This document shows positions 53,678-64,000 of a stretch of 64,000 nt of DNA, piece by piece (the first letter of the stretch is position 1; every line of letters begins with the position of its first letter). Made by a program: the position numbers and the translations under genes. The stretch lies in assembly GCA_965221775.1 (NCBI GenBank), contig CBDCSU010000006.1, positions 1,952,001 to 2,016,000 on the forward strand, read 5' to 3'. Below the pieces are notes generated by a model. It was given only the letters and a program-made list of their open reading frames with translations. It made no database searches and was not told the DNA's origin. This DNA comes from Candidatus Latescibacterota bacterium (lineage in GTDB: Bacteria > Latescibacterota > UBA2968 > UBA8231).

Positions 53678-55358
53678 AGTCCGCCCGGGGGCGTCGTCCG
53701 TCCCCTTCCTTCGATACGGCGGGCTCCCGTGCTTGGTGGCCGTGCTCCTGGTTTCGACGCCCGGCCGCGGCGCCGTTCCAACCGGTTATCTGCAGGATGC
53801 CGAGCCACCCCCGACGACGGGAATGCTCGGCTCCAGCATCACCGATGTCGTATGGAGCGGCCGCTACCTGTGGGTCTCCACGGAACGGGGCCTGGCCCGC
53901 CTGGATCCGTCCCGGGGGGACGGCCTCGAGGCCGGGCACTGGGTCACCTTCACCGAGGAGCACGGCCTGGGCCGGGGTGCGGTCAGCGCCCTGGCCGCCC
54001 ACGGAGACACGGTCTGGGCGGCTACCCTCTTCGATTCCCTGACGGCGGGCAATCGCAGCCGGCAGGTCGGCAGCGGCATCTCCTGGTCCACCGACGCCGG
54101 CGCCAAGTGGCAGCGGATCTCCAACGAGGCCCTCTTCGACACCCTGCGCCCCGGATTCGAGGACGGCCCCTGGACACCGGTGGAGAACGCCTGCTTCGGG
54201 CTGGCCGTCGAGGGCGACACCGTGTGGGCCACCTTCTTCGCCGGATCGGCGGTGCGCTCCATCGACTTCGGCCGCACTTGGGAGCGCGTGCTCCCGGGCG
54301 GGGCGGACCGCATCGTCTACAACAACACCCGTTACCGGGTGCGCGTCGACAGCCTCGAGGACGCCGGTGCTGCCGAGGACTTCATCGCCCGGGCGCAGGC
54401 CGCAGCCGACAGTGTCGACGCCCTGAGTTATCTCCACCGCACCTTCTCCGTCGCCGCCTACGGCGACACCGTGTGGATCGGCACCGCCCTCGGCGTGGCC
54501 TCCAGCTTCGACTTCGGCCGCACCTGGACCGTGCACCGGTCGCGGCGGGACGAGTCCGGCCAGGTTCTCCCGGGCCACCTCTCCGCCCACTGGGGGGTGG
54601 CGGTGGAGCGGCAGATCCGGCCCGACGGGAGATCCGTCGTCTGGGTCGGCACCGACGTCACCGACGAGCCCCCCGGGCAGGTTCGGGCCATCCACCGCAC
54701 CGAGGACGACGGCGACACCTGGACCTCCTCGGGTTCCACCTTCGCCTGGGATTTCGCCTTTGCCCCCGACTCTGTCTGGGCGGGCACCGAAGAGGGTTTG
54801 CTCCTGAGCCCGGACCACGGGGAGAGCTGGCTGGAGGTGCCGGTGCAGGACATCCTGAGCCAGGACCTCTTGAGGAAGCCCTTCATCGGGGTCGAGCGGT
54901 TCTCCCTGCCCGACGGGCGGATCGCCCTGTGGGCCGGGGCCGACAACGGCCTGGGCCGGTCCCTCGACGACGGCCGGACCTGGACGATCCTGAGCTTTCC
55001 GGTACGCGTGCGGGCCATCGACACCGGCCGGATGATCGACGGGGAAGGACTCGTCGACACCCGGGGGGCCAAGACCTATGCCGCCCCGAGCCCCTTCGCC
55101 CCGTCCCGCGGACAGAGCTGCATGGTCGTGTACAGCCTGGCCGAGGCGGACGAGGTGAGCGTCGACATCTACGATTTCTCGAGCCGCAAGGTGCGCGCCC
55201 TCGTGGACGGCGAGAGCCGGCCCGGGGGGCGCCACCACCGCGAGCCCTGGGACGGCCTCGACGACGGCGGCGGCCAGGTGGCCAACGGCGTCTACTTCTT
55301 CCGCGTCGAGACCGCCTCCGGCAGCCGGGCCTTCGGCAACGTGGTGGTCCTGGACTGA
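53670..55358 (+). CDS. Exported beta-propeller (BNR/Asp-box repeats) with a C-terminal FlgD-Ig/T9SS-CTD-like domain
   Basis: S-x-D-x-G-x-T-W repeats; C-terminus 'YAAPSPF.P..V.VDIYD....VRAL..WDG.DD.G..VANGVYFFRV'. Confidence 0.8.
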   Translation: MPEVRPGASSVPFLRYGGLPCLVAVLLVSTPGRGAVPTGYLQDAEPPPTTGMLGSSITDVVWSGRYLWVSTERGLARLDPSRGDGLEAGHWVTFTEEHGLGRGAVSALAAHGDTVWAATLFDSLTAGNRSRQVGSGISWSTDAGAKWQRISNEALFDTLRPGFEDGPWTPVENACFGLAVEGDTVWATFFAGSAVRSIDFGRTWERVLPGGADRIVYNNTRYRVRVDSLEDAGAAEDFIARAQAAADSVDALSYLHRTFSVAAYGDTVWIGTALGVASSFDFGRTWTVHRSRRDESGQVLPGHLSAHWGVAVERQIRPDGRSVVWVGTDVTDEPPGQVRAIHRTEDDGDTWTSSGSTFAWDFAFAPDSVWAGTEEGLLLSPDHGESWLEVPVQDILSQDLLRKPFIGVERFSLPDGRIALWAGADNGLGRSLDDGRTWTILSFPVRVRAIDTGRMIDGEGLVDTRGAKTYAAPSPFAPSRGQSCMVVYSLAEADEVSVDIYDFSSRKVRALVDGESRPGGRHHREPWDGLDDGGGQVANGVYFFRVETASGSRAFGNVVVLD

Positions 55359-56308
55359 TGCGGCGCGGCCTCGCCCTCGCGGCCCTGATCGTGTGGCAGG
55401 CGGCGTCTCCGGCCGCTGCCGGCCTCGGCGGCGCCTGGCTCGACACCGGCCTCGGCGCCCGGGCCCTCGGTCTGGGCGGCGCCCAGGCGGCCGCCGCCGA
55501 GGGGCCCGCCGCCGTGATCTACAACCCAGCGGGACTGGCCACCTCGACCGGGAAGGGAATGCTGGCCTCGTACCAGCCCCTGTCCCTCGACCGCACGCGG
55601 TCCGGACTGGCGGCGGCCATGAACCCGAGGGGAGACCTGGCCTTCGGCCTGGCCTGGCTGCACGCCGGGGTGGGCGGCCTGCGGGGGCGCAGCGGCTCGG
55701 GGGAGGCCACCGGCGACCTGGGGAGCGCCGCGGATGCCGTGATCTTCGGCCTCGGACTGCGTCCGTCGGCGACGCTGCAGATCGGCGCCAGCCTGAAGAT
55801 CCTCCGGCACCGCATCGAGGTGCCGGTGAGCGGCGCCTCGACGGCCACCGGCCGCGGCGCCGACCTGGGAGTCCGCTGGAGCCTGTCCTCGCGCACGGCC
55901 CTCGGCGTGACCGCCCGCAACCTGCTCGACAAGCTGTCGTGGACGGTGCAGCGGCCCTCCGACCAGACCAGCGTCACCGAGGAGGCCCTGCGATCGGCCC
56001 TCGCCGTGGGGGTCTCGCACGTCCTCCGCCAGGGGGCCATGGCCGCCGTGGAGGCGGAGGTCCTCGACCCGGCGGGGGACCGCGAGCTGCGCGGGCATCT
56101 CGGTCTCGAGTGGAGGCTGAGCGACCTGTTGACCCTGCGCGGCGGACTGCACCGCGCCGGCGCGGGAGAGGGCGCGGGACGGCCCGCCTTCGGCGTCACG
56201 GTGCGGCCCATGCGCGTGGAGGCCTTCGAGGTCCACTACGCGTACGTGGCGGACGAGATCGGCGCCGGCGCCCGCACCGTCTTCACCCTTGCGGGTCAAC
56301 TGCCATGA
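55358..56308 (+). CDS. PorV/PorQ-like outer-membrane beta-barrel
   Basis: TGATG coupling; 'GARALGLGGA..A....YNPAGL', 'GADLG', 'LTLRGG', 'HYAY'. Confidence 0.75.
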   Translation: MRRGLALAALIVWQAASPAAAGLGGAWLDTGLGARALGLGGAQAAAAEGPAAVIYNPAGLATSTGKGMLASYQPLSLDRTRSGLAAAMNPRGDLAFGLAWLHAGVGGLRGRSGSGEATGDLGSAADAVIFGLGLRPSATLQIGASLKILRHRIEVPVSGASTATGRGADLGVRWSLSSRTALGVTARNLLDKLSWTVQRPSDQTSVTEEALRSALAVGVSHVLRQGAMAAVEAEVLDPAGDRELRGHLGLEWRLSDLLTLRGGLHRAGAGEGAGRPAFGVTVRPMRVEAFEVHYAYVADEIGAGARTVFTLAGQLP

Positions 56309-57225
56309 AGGTCCGCGCGCCGGGGGGCGTGCGCAGGCCGGCGGCCTTACGGCCGCGGCGGGTTCTGCCGGCGGTCCTGATCGCGGTCTGGGCCTGCTGG
56401 AGGCCCGGCGGCATCGACGCCGGCACCGGTCTCGGGTTCCTGCGCCAGGACGCCGGGGCCCGGTCCGCGGCCCTGGGGGGCGCGGCGACGGCCCTCGCCG
56501 ATCCGTCGGCGGCCAGCCTCAACCCGGCGGCCCTGGCCCCGGGCGCGGCGGCCGTCCTCAGCCATACGGAGTGGATCGGCGGCATGCGCCACGAGCAGGC
56601 GGCGGCCTTGTGGACGCGAGCGGCGGGCGATGTGCTGGCTCTCGACGTGCGTCTGGCCCATGCGGGAGGGCTGGAGCGCCGTCTGGGCCCGACCCGGGAC
56701 CCCCTGGGGGAGTTCGGCCTCTACGAGTGGACGGCGGGCGCCGCCTGGTCCCGCCCCTGGGGAGAGCGCCTGCGGACGGGAATCGGCGCCAAGGTGTTGC
56801 GCCAGTCGATCGACGTGGAGGCTTCGGCGGGACTGGCCGCCGACCTGGGGCTGCTCTACGGGAGCGGCCCCTGGCGGCTCGGGGCGGCGGTGCGCAACCT
56901 GGGGCGGATGAACGCCCTCGACCGGGAGGCCACCGAGCTGCCCTTGCAGGCCCGCCTCGGCGCGGCCCTGGCCCGGGGGGCCCTGACCGCCGCCGCCGAC
57001 GTGGGCGCGAGCCGGGGCACCGGCGCGAGCCTGCACCTGGGGGCGGAGTGGCGTCTGTCGCCGCGCCTGGTGGTGCGCACCGGGTACGGCACTCCCGCCT
57101 CCGGGAGTCTGGCCTTCGGGCTGGGCCTGACGGCCCGCCCCTGGCAGCTGGACTACGCCTTCCTGCCCATGGGGGACGGACTCGGTGCCGGCCACCGGGT
57201 GAGTCTGGTCATGCGGGGGGCCTGA
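56305..57225 (+). CDS. Second PorV/PorQ-like outer-membrane beta-barrel
   Basis: 'FL....GARSAALGGA..LNPAAL', 'SHTEW', 'AADLG', 'RNLG', 'GAEW', 'LDYAF.P.GDGLG.GHRVSL'. Confidence 0.78.
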   Translation: MKVRAPGGVRRPAALRPRRVLPAVLIAVWACWRPGGIDAGTGLGFLRQDAGARSAALGGAATALADPSAASLNPAALAPGAAAVLSHTEWIGGMRHEQAAALWTRAAGDVLALDVRLAHAGGLERRLGPTRDPLGEFGLYEWTAGAAWSRPWGERLRTGIGAKVLRQSIDVEASAGLAADLGLLYGSGPWRLGAAVRNLGRMNALDREATELPLQARLGAALARGALTAAADVGASRGTGASLHLGAEWRLSPRLVVRTGYGTPASGSLAFGLGLTARPWQLDYAFLPMGDGLGAGHRVSLVMRGA

Positions 57226-57226
57226 G

Positions 57227-58270
57227 ATGAAGTGGTGGCGGAGGCAACGGCTGCCGCTCCGCCCGACGGAGCCCCTCGAGGACTGGGACGGCCCGTCTCC
57301 GTACTCACCCGGGTATGGAGTCGAGGGGGCCTGGTCCGAGGCCCGCCGCCCGCCGCCGTCCACGGCGCCGCGGCCCTCCACTCACCTGCTGCTGTTCCTG
57401 ATGACCCTGTTCTCCATGATGGTGGCCGGCGCCATGCAGCAGGGCGTCGACCCCCTGATGGAGTTCGGCCAGCTCGTTCACCTCGTGGAGGGCTGGCCCT
57501 TCGCGGCCACCCTCCTCGGCATCCTGACGGTGCACGAGTTCGGCCACTACTTCGCCGCCCGCAGGTGGGGGGTGAAGGCCTCCCTGCCCTACTTCATCCC
57601 CCTTCCCTACCTGTCCCCGCTGGGCACCCTCGGCGCCGTGATCCGCATCCGCTCGCCGATCCCGCACAAGCGCGCCCTTCTCGACATCGGCGCCTCGGGC
57701 CCGCTGGCGGGTCTGGTCGTGGCCGTCGCCGCCTGCCTGGTGGGGCTGCCCATGTCCAAGGTGGTGGAGCCCGGCTACTTCCTGGAGCTGCCGGAGAGCA
57801 TGCGGCCCGGGGTCCTGCAACTGGGCTCGCCGCTGTTGTTCGAGGGGCTCTCGGCGTGGCTGCTTCCGGCCGCCGAAGACAGCATCGTCCTCCTGAGCCC
57901 GGTCGCCTTCGCCGGGTGGGTGGGCCTGGTGATCACCGCCTTCAACCTGCTGCCCGTGGGCCAGCTCGACGGAGGACATATCGCCTACGCCCTCCTCGGC
58001 GACCGCCACCACGCCGTCGGCCGGCTGTGCTTCGCCACCCTGCTGGCCATGGGCGTGTACGGGGTGATGTCGGTTTTCTGGGACCTGCCGCGGGGGTGGC
58101 CCGGGTGGCTGCTGATCGCCCTGCTGCTGGCCCTCGTCGGCCGCCGCCACCCGCCTCCGTACCATGCCGCGATCCCCCTCGACGGCCGCCGCCGGGCGAT
58201 CGCGGTCCTGTGCTTCGTCCTCCTGGCCCTGTGCTTCACGCTGGTGCCGCTCTCCGAGATGGCGGGATGA
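57227..58270 (+). CDS. Site-2 protease (M50 metallopeptidase)
   Basis: HEFGH, LPYFIP, GTLGAVI, DIGASGP, NLLPVGQLDGGH. Confidence 0.93.
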   Translation: MKWWRRQRLPLRPTEPLEDWDGPSPYSPGYGVEGAWSEARRPPPSTAPRPSTHLLLFLMTLFSMMVAGAMQQGVDPLMEFGQLVHLVEGWPFAATLLGILTVHEFGHYFAARRWGVKASLPYFIPLPYLSPLGTLGAVIRIRSPIPHKRALLDIGASGPLAGLVVAVAACLVGLPMSKVVEPGYFLELPESMRPGVLQLGSPLLFEGLSAWLLPAAEDSIVLLSPVAFAGWVGLVITAFNLLPVGQLDGGHIAYALLGDRHHAVGRLCFATLLAMGVYGVMSVFWDLPRGWPGWLLIALLLALVGRRHPPPYHAAIPLDGRRRAIAVLCFVLLALCFTLVPLSEMAG

Positions 58271-59025
58271 GATCGAGGCGCCGCCATCTGTTGCCCGCGG
58301 CCTTGTGGCTCCTGGCCGCCTGCGGACTCGAGGAGGGCGCGGAGGTCGAGTGCCGCTGCGCGGAGGACACCGACCTCACCGCCTTCCCGCGGTGCAGGGA
58401 CGCCGCCATCGAGGCCGAAGCCGGTGCGTCGAGCCCGTTGTCGACGCGCCTGCCGGAGTGTCCGAGCGGCGATCTCCTCTTTCTTCGCGACCCGACCCTG
58501 TCGGAGGCGGTCGTCTTCAACCTCGAAGACTCCATCGAGGGCTTCAGCCCCACCCAGTACATGGACCAGCTCTCGGAGGACTTCCTCTTCGCGCCCGAGC
58601 TCGCCGGGGTGGAGCCCTTCGGGGAGGTCTTCGACCTGCCCCCCGGGTACCACCCCGACCCTCCCGACACCGACACCCTGTGGACCCGCGAGGACGAGCG
58701 CCGCTTCGCCTTCAACCTTCTCGACCGCAGCAACTTCCAGCGCATCAACATCAGCCGCTGGTTCGACGCCAACGAGGACGAGCAGAGGCTGTACCCGGAC
58801 GATCCCCGGCTGGAGACGTATATTTTCCCCTACATCATCGACTTCACCACCCGGCCCGGCGAGGAGCAGGAGGCGCGCATCTTCGAGGTGCGCGGGCGCA
58901 TGCAGATCGACCTGGTGACGACGAGCGACGAGAACCCCGTCTGGTCCATCCGTCGCTGGCAGGACTTTCGCGAGCCGTCCTCCGAACGCACCCTCACCGA
59001 GTTGCGGGGCGAGTTCGCGCAGTAG
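58267..59025 (+). CDS. Hypothetical lipoprotein (NTF2-like fold suspected)
   Basis: ATGA overlap; lipobox LAAC; paralogous to the next gene. Confidence 0.7.
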   Translation: MRSRRRHLLPAALWLLAACGLEEGAEVECRCAEDTDLTAFPRCRDAAIEAEAGASSPLSTRLPECPSGDLLFLRDPTLSEAVVFNLEDSIEGFSPTQYMDQLSEDFLFAPELAGVEPFGEVFDLPPGYHPDPPDTDTLWTREDERRFAFNLLDRSNFQRINISRWFDANEDEQRLYPDDPRLETYIFPYIIDFTTRPGEEQEARIFEVRGRMQIDLVTTSDENPVWSIRRWQDFREPSSERTLTELRGEFAQ

Positions 59026-59040
59026 CAGGAGGGAAGACCC

Positions 59041-61733
<2,693 letters not shown>

Positions 61734-61779
61734 GAGCGCCTATTTTTCCGGGTCGATCCTCCCTCACGAAAGGCCCCAT

Positions 61780-62118
61780 GTGACCCTGCTCTTCCTCCTT
61801 GCGGAGCCCGCCCACGCCATGGGCGGCGGCGGCGAAGGCCAAGGCGGCACGCCCCTGGTCATCCTGCCGTACGTCCTGATGTTCGTCGTCCTCTACTTCC
61901 TGATCCTGCGGCCGCAGATCAAGAAGCAGAAGTCGCAGCAGAAGATGATCTCCGAGTTGAAGAAGGGGGACAAGATCGTCACCAGCGGCGGCATCCACGG
62001 GGTGATCCTCAACCTGAAGGACGAGGTGATCACGGTGAAGATCGCCGAGAACGTCCGCGTCGAGATGTCGCGCTCCGCCGTGTCGCGAGTCCGCGACGAG
62101 GGCGAGTCCAAGTCCTGA
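61780..62118 (+). CDS. yajC: Preprotein translocase subunit YajC
   Basis: 'YFLILRPQ.KKQK', 'LKKGDKIVTSGGIHG'. Confidence 0.95.
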   Translation: MTLLFLLAEPAHAMGGGGEGQGGTPLVILPYVLMFVVLYFLILRPQIKKQKSQQKMISELKKGDKIVTSGGIHGVILNLKDEVITVKIAENVRVEMSRSAVSRVRDEGESKS

Positions 62119-63071
62119 AGGTCGTCTTCCTCGGCAACCCCGACTTCGCGGTACCCTCCCTGCGCCGTCTCGCCGCCAGCCGGCACGAGGTGGCCGCCGT
62201 GGTCACCAATCCCGATCGCGCCGCTGGCCGCGGACGCCGGCTCCGGCCCCCGCCGGTCAAGACCGCCGCCGCCGCACTCGGCCTCCCCGTCCTGCAGCCG
62301 GATTCCCCGCGCGACCCGGCCCTGGCCGAGCAGCTGCGGGCCCTGGCCCCGGACGCCCTGGCGGTGGTCGCATACTCCATCCTCCCGAACCGCCTCCTTC
62401 GCCTGCCCCGCCTGGGGTCGGTCAACGTGCATCCGTCCCTGCTGCCCGCCTACCGGGGGGCCGCCCCCATCGTGTGGGCCCTGTTCGACGGCTGCACCGA
62501 GACGGGGGTCACCACCTTTCTGCTGAACCGGCGCGTCGACGCGGGCGACATCCTGCTCCAGGAGAGGGTGACCGTCGGCGGCGGCGAGACCGCCGGAGAG
62601 CTGGAGGCACGGCTGGCCGAGGACGGCGCGCGGCTGCTGGTCCGCTCCCTCGACGGGCTGGAGGACGGCAGCCTGCAGCCGAGGCCCCAGCCGAGAGAGG
62701 GGGAGTCGCGGGCCCCGAAGCTGACGCGGGAGGACGGCCGCATCGACTGGAGCTGGCCGGCCGAGCGGGTGCGCAACCGGGTGCGCGGCGCGAACCCGAT
62801 GCCCGGTGCCTTCACCGAGTGGGCGGGAGGGGTGCTCAAGGTGCATCGGGTCGAGCGGGTGGAGCCGGCCGCCCGAGGGGCTGCCCCGGGCGAGGTGCTC
62901 TGCTGCGGCTCGGAGGACGGAGTGGTCGTGGCCTGCGCCGACGGAGCCGTGCGCCTGGGCGAGGTGCAGCCGGCCGGACGTGAGCGGATGTCGGCCGGGG
63001 CCTTTGCCCGGGGCTATCCGCTGCGGTCCGGGGACCGTCTGGGGGGCGGCCAGAGCCGTGGCGAGGGCTGA
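62115..63071 (+). CDS. fmt: Methionyl-tRNA formyltransferase (probable CTG start)
   Basis: Conserved N-terminus (M)KVVFLGNPDFAVPSL begins at CTG 62115; NVHPSLLPAYRGAAPI, DAGDI, APKL. Confidence 0.92.
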   Translation: MKVVFLGNPDFAVPSLRRLAASRHEVAAVVTNPDRAAGRGRRLRPPPVKTAAAALGLPVLQPDSPRDPALAEQLRALAPDALAVVAYSILPNRLLRLPRLGSVNVHPSLLPAYRGAAPIVWALFDGCTETGVTTFLLNRRVDAGDILLQERVTVGGGETAGELEARLAEDGARLLVRSLDGLEDGSLQPRPQPREGESRAPKLTREDGRIDWSWPAERVRNRVRGANPMPGAFTEWAGGVLKVHRVERVEPAARGAAPGEVLCCGSEDGVVVACADGAVRLGEVQPAGRERMSAGAFARGYPLRSGDRLGGGQSRGEG

Positions 63072-63609
63072 GGCGGGCGGCTTCGGGCTCGCCGGCTTCC
63101 TGGTCGCGCTGCTCGCGGGCCTGCCGGCGGCCGCGGAGGAGTCCGAACCCTCGGTGGAGGCCGAGGCCGATTCGGTTCGGAGCGCGGAGGAGCCCCTGTC
63201 TCGGCGCGTCGCCCGGCCATCCGGACCCGTGGATCCAACGGCGGCCGACTCGGTGCTCCAGGCGGGAGGGCGGCTGGCCCCTCGCGCCGCCCTGGTGCGT
63301 TCGGCGGTGGTGCCGGGATGGGGACAGGCCGCCAGCGGTCACTGGCTGAAGGCGCTGCTCTTCGCCGGCGCCGGCGCCGGCTGGTTGGCGTCCGCCGTGG
63401 TCGAGAGCTCCCGCTTGGCCGAAGCCCCCACGGCGCAGGAGCACGAGGACCGCGCGGCGCGGCGCAACACGCGGGTCCTTTCCTACCTCGTAACCGCTAC
63501 CTTGTCCGCCGTGGACGCCTACGTGGACGCCCATCTGGAGGACTTCGACCTCGACGCCGCGGACCTGGAGACGCCCGGGGTCCGGCTGACCATCCGATGG
63601 GGTCCATAG
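63058..63609 (+). CDS. DUF5683-like membrane protein
   Basis: 'P..A..RSAVVPGWGQ....W.KA', 'DAYVDAHL.DFD'. Confidence 0.7.
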   Translation: MARAEAGGFGLAGFLVALLAGLPAAAEESEPSVEAEADSVRSAEEPLSRRVARPSGPVDPTAADSVLQAGGRLAPRAALVRSAVVPGWGQAASGHWLKALLFAGAGAGWLASAVVESSRLAEAPTAQEHEDRAARRNTRVLSYLVTATLSAVDAYVDAHLEDFDLDAADLETPGVRLTIRWGP

Positions 63610-63629
63610 GACAGGAGGGAGGTGTGCAG

Positions 63630-64000
63630 ATGCTCACCGATGCGCAGAAGCAGGAGTTCGACGACCGCGGGTACCTCGTCTTCGAGGGCCTGCTGGGGGG
63701 CGCCCGTCTCGCCCACTACCTGTCGGCCCTCGACGAGCTGGTCGAGCGAGGCCGCGCTCTGAGCGAGCCGGAGGGACACTTCAGCCTCGAGCTCGACGCC
63801 GAAGGCCGGCCTGTGCCCGGGCTGCTGCACAAGGTGCAGGGCGTGTGCGTCGTCGACTCCAGAGTCCTGGACCTGGCCCGCGAGCCGGCCATCGTCGACC
63901 GGGCGGCGGAGCTGCTCGGCTGCGAGGAAGTGGATGTCTTCGGCACCAAGTTCTTCCCCAAGCTTCCCGGCGGCGGCACGTCCACGCACTGGCACCAGGA
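63630..64000 (+). CDS. Phytanoyl-CoA dioxygenase (PhyH) family protein, 5' part (truncated by window edge)
   Basis: SD AGGAGG; 'MLTDAQKQEFDDRGYLV..FFPKLPGGG..THWHQ(D)'. Confidence 0.85.
   Translation, partial: MLTDAQKQEFDDRGYLVFEGLLGGARLAHYLSALDELVERGRALSEPEGHFSLELDAEGRPVPGLLHKVQGVCVVDSRVLDLAREPAIVDRAAELLGCEEVDVFGTKFFPKLPGGGTSTHWHQ

Overview
High-GC bacterial chromosomal segment, mostly housekeeping: gltBD, gltA, ftsY, hpf, ribD-ribE-ribBA-ribH-nusB, secA, purC, tgt-yajC-fmt. It also carries envelope and secretion modules: a GldA/F/G-DUF4340-type ABC system, an RND-MFP-OMF efflux operon, a SpoIVB-S55 + beta-propeller pair, and a FlgD-Ig-tailed propeller + two PorV-like barrels + site-2 protease + two paralogous lipoproteins. 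A small accessory patch at about 11.8-14.3 kb holds a Fic protein and a RES-Xre toxin-antitoxin pair. The PorV-like, FlgD-Ig and DUF5683-like genes suggest an FCB-superphylum organism such as Latescibacterota or Gemmatimonadota (inference). The most unusual observations are: (1) an in-frame TetR-signal peptide-TolC fusion heading the efflux operon; (2) a textbook intrinsic terminator with a U7 tract between ribE and ribBA, which is also a possible +1 slippage junction, ahead of a RibBA with a degenerate RibB half; (3) fmt apparently starting at CTG; (4) a nine-unit tandem array grown from the last transmembrane-helix codons of a doubled GldG gene, plus two other degenerate echoes of gene 3' ends; (5) a 15-bp symmetric bidirectional leaderless promoter; (6) a 12-bp direct repeat bracketing the fic gene. 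No rRNA, tRNA, CRISPR array, integrase or transposase was recognised. All family calls come from motif recognition by eye; no database searches were run.
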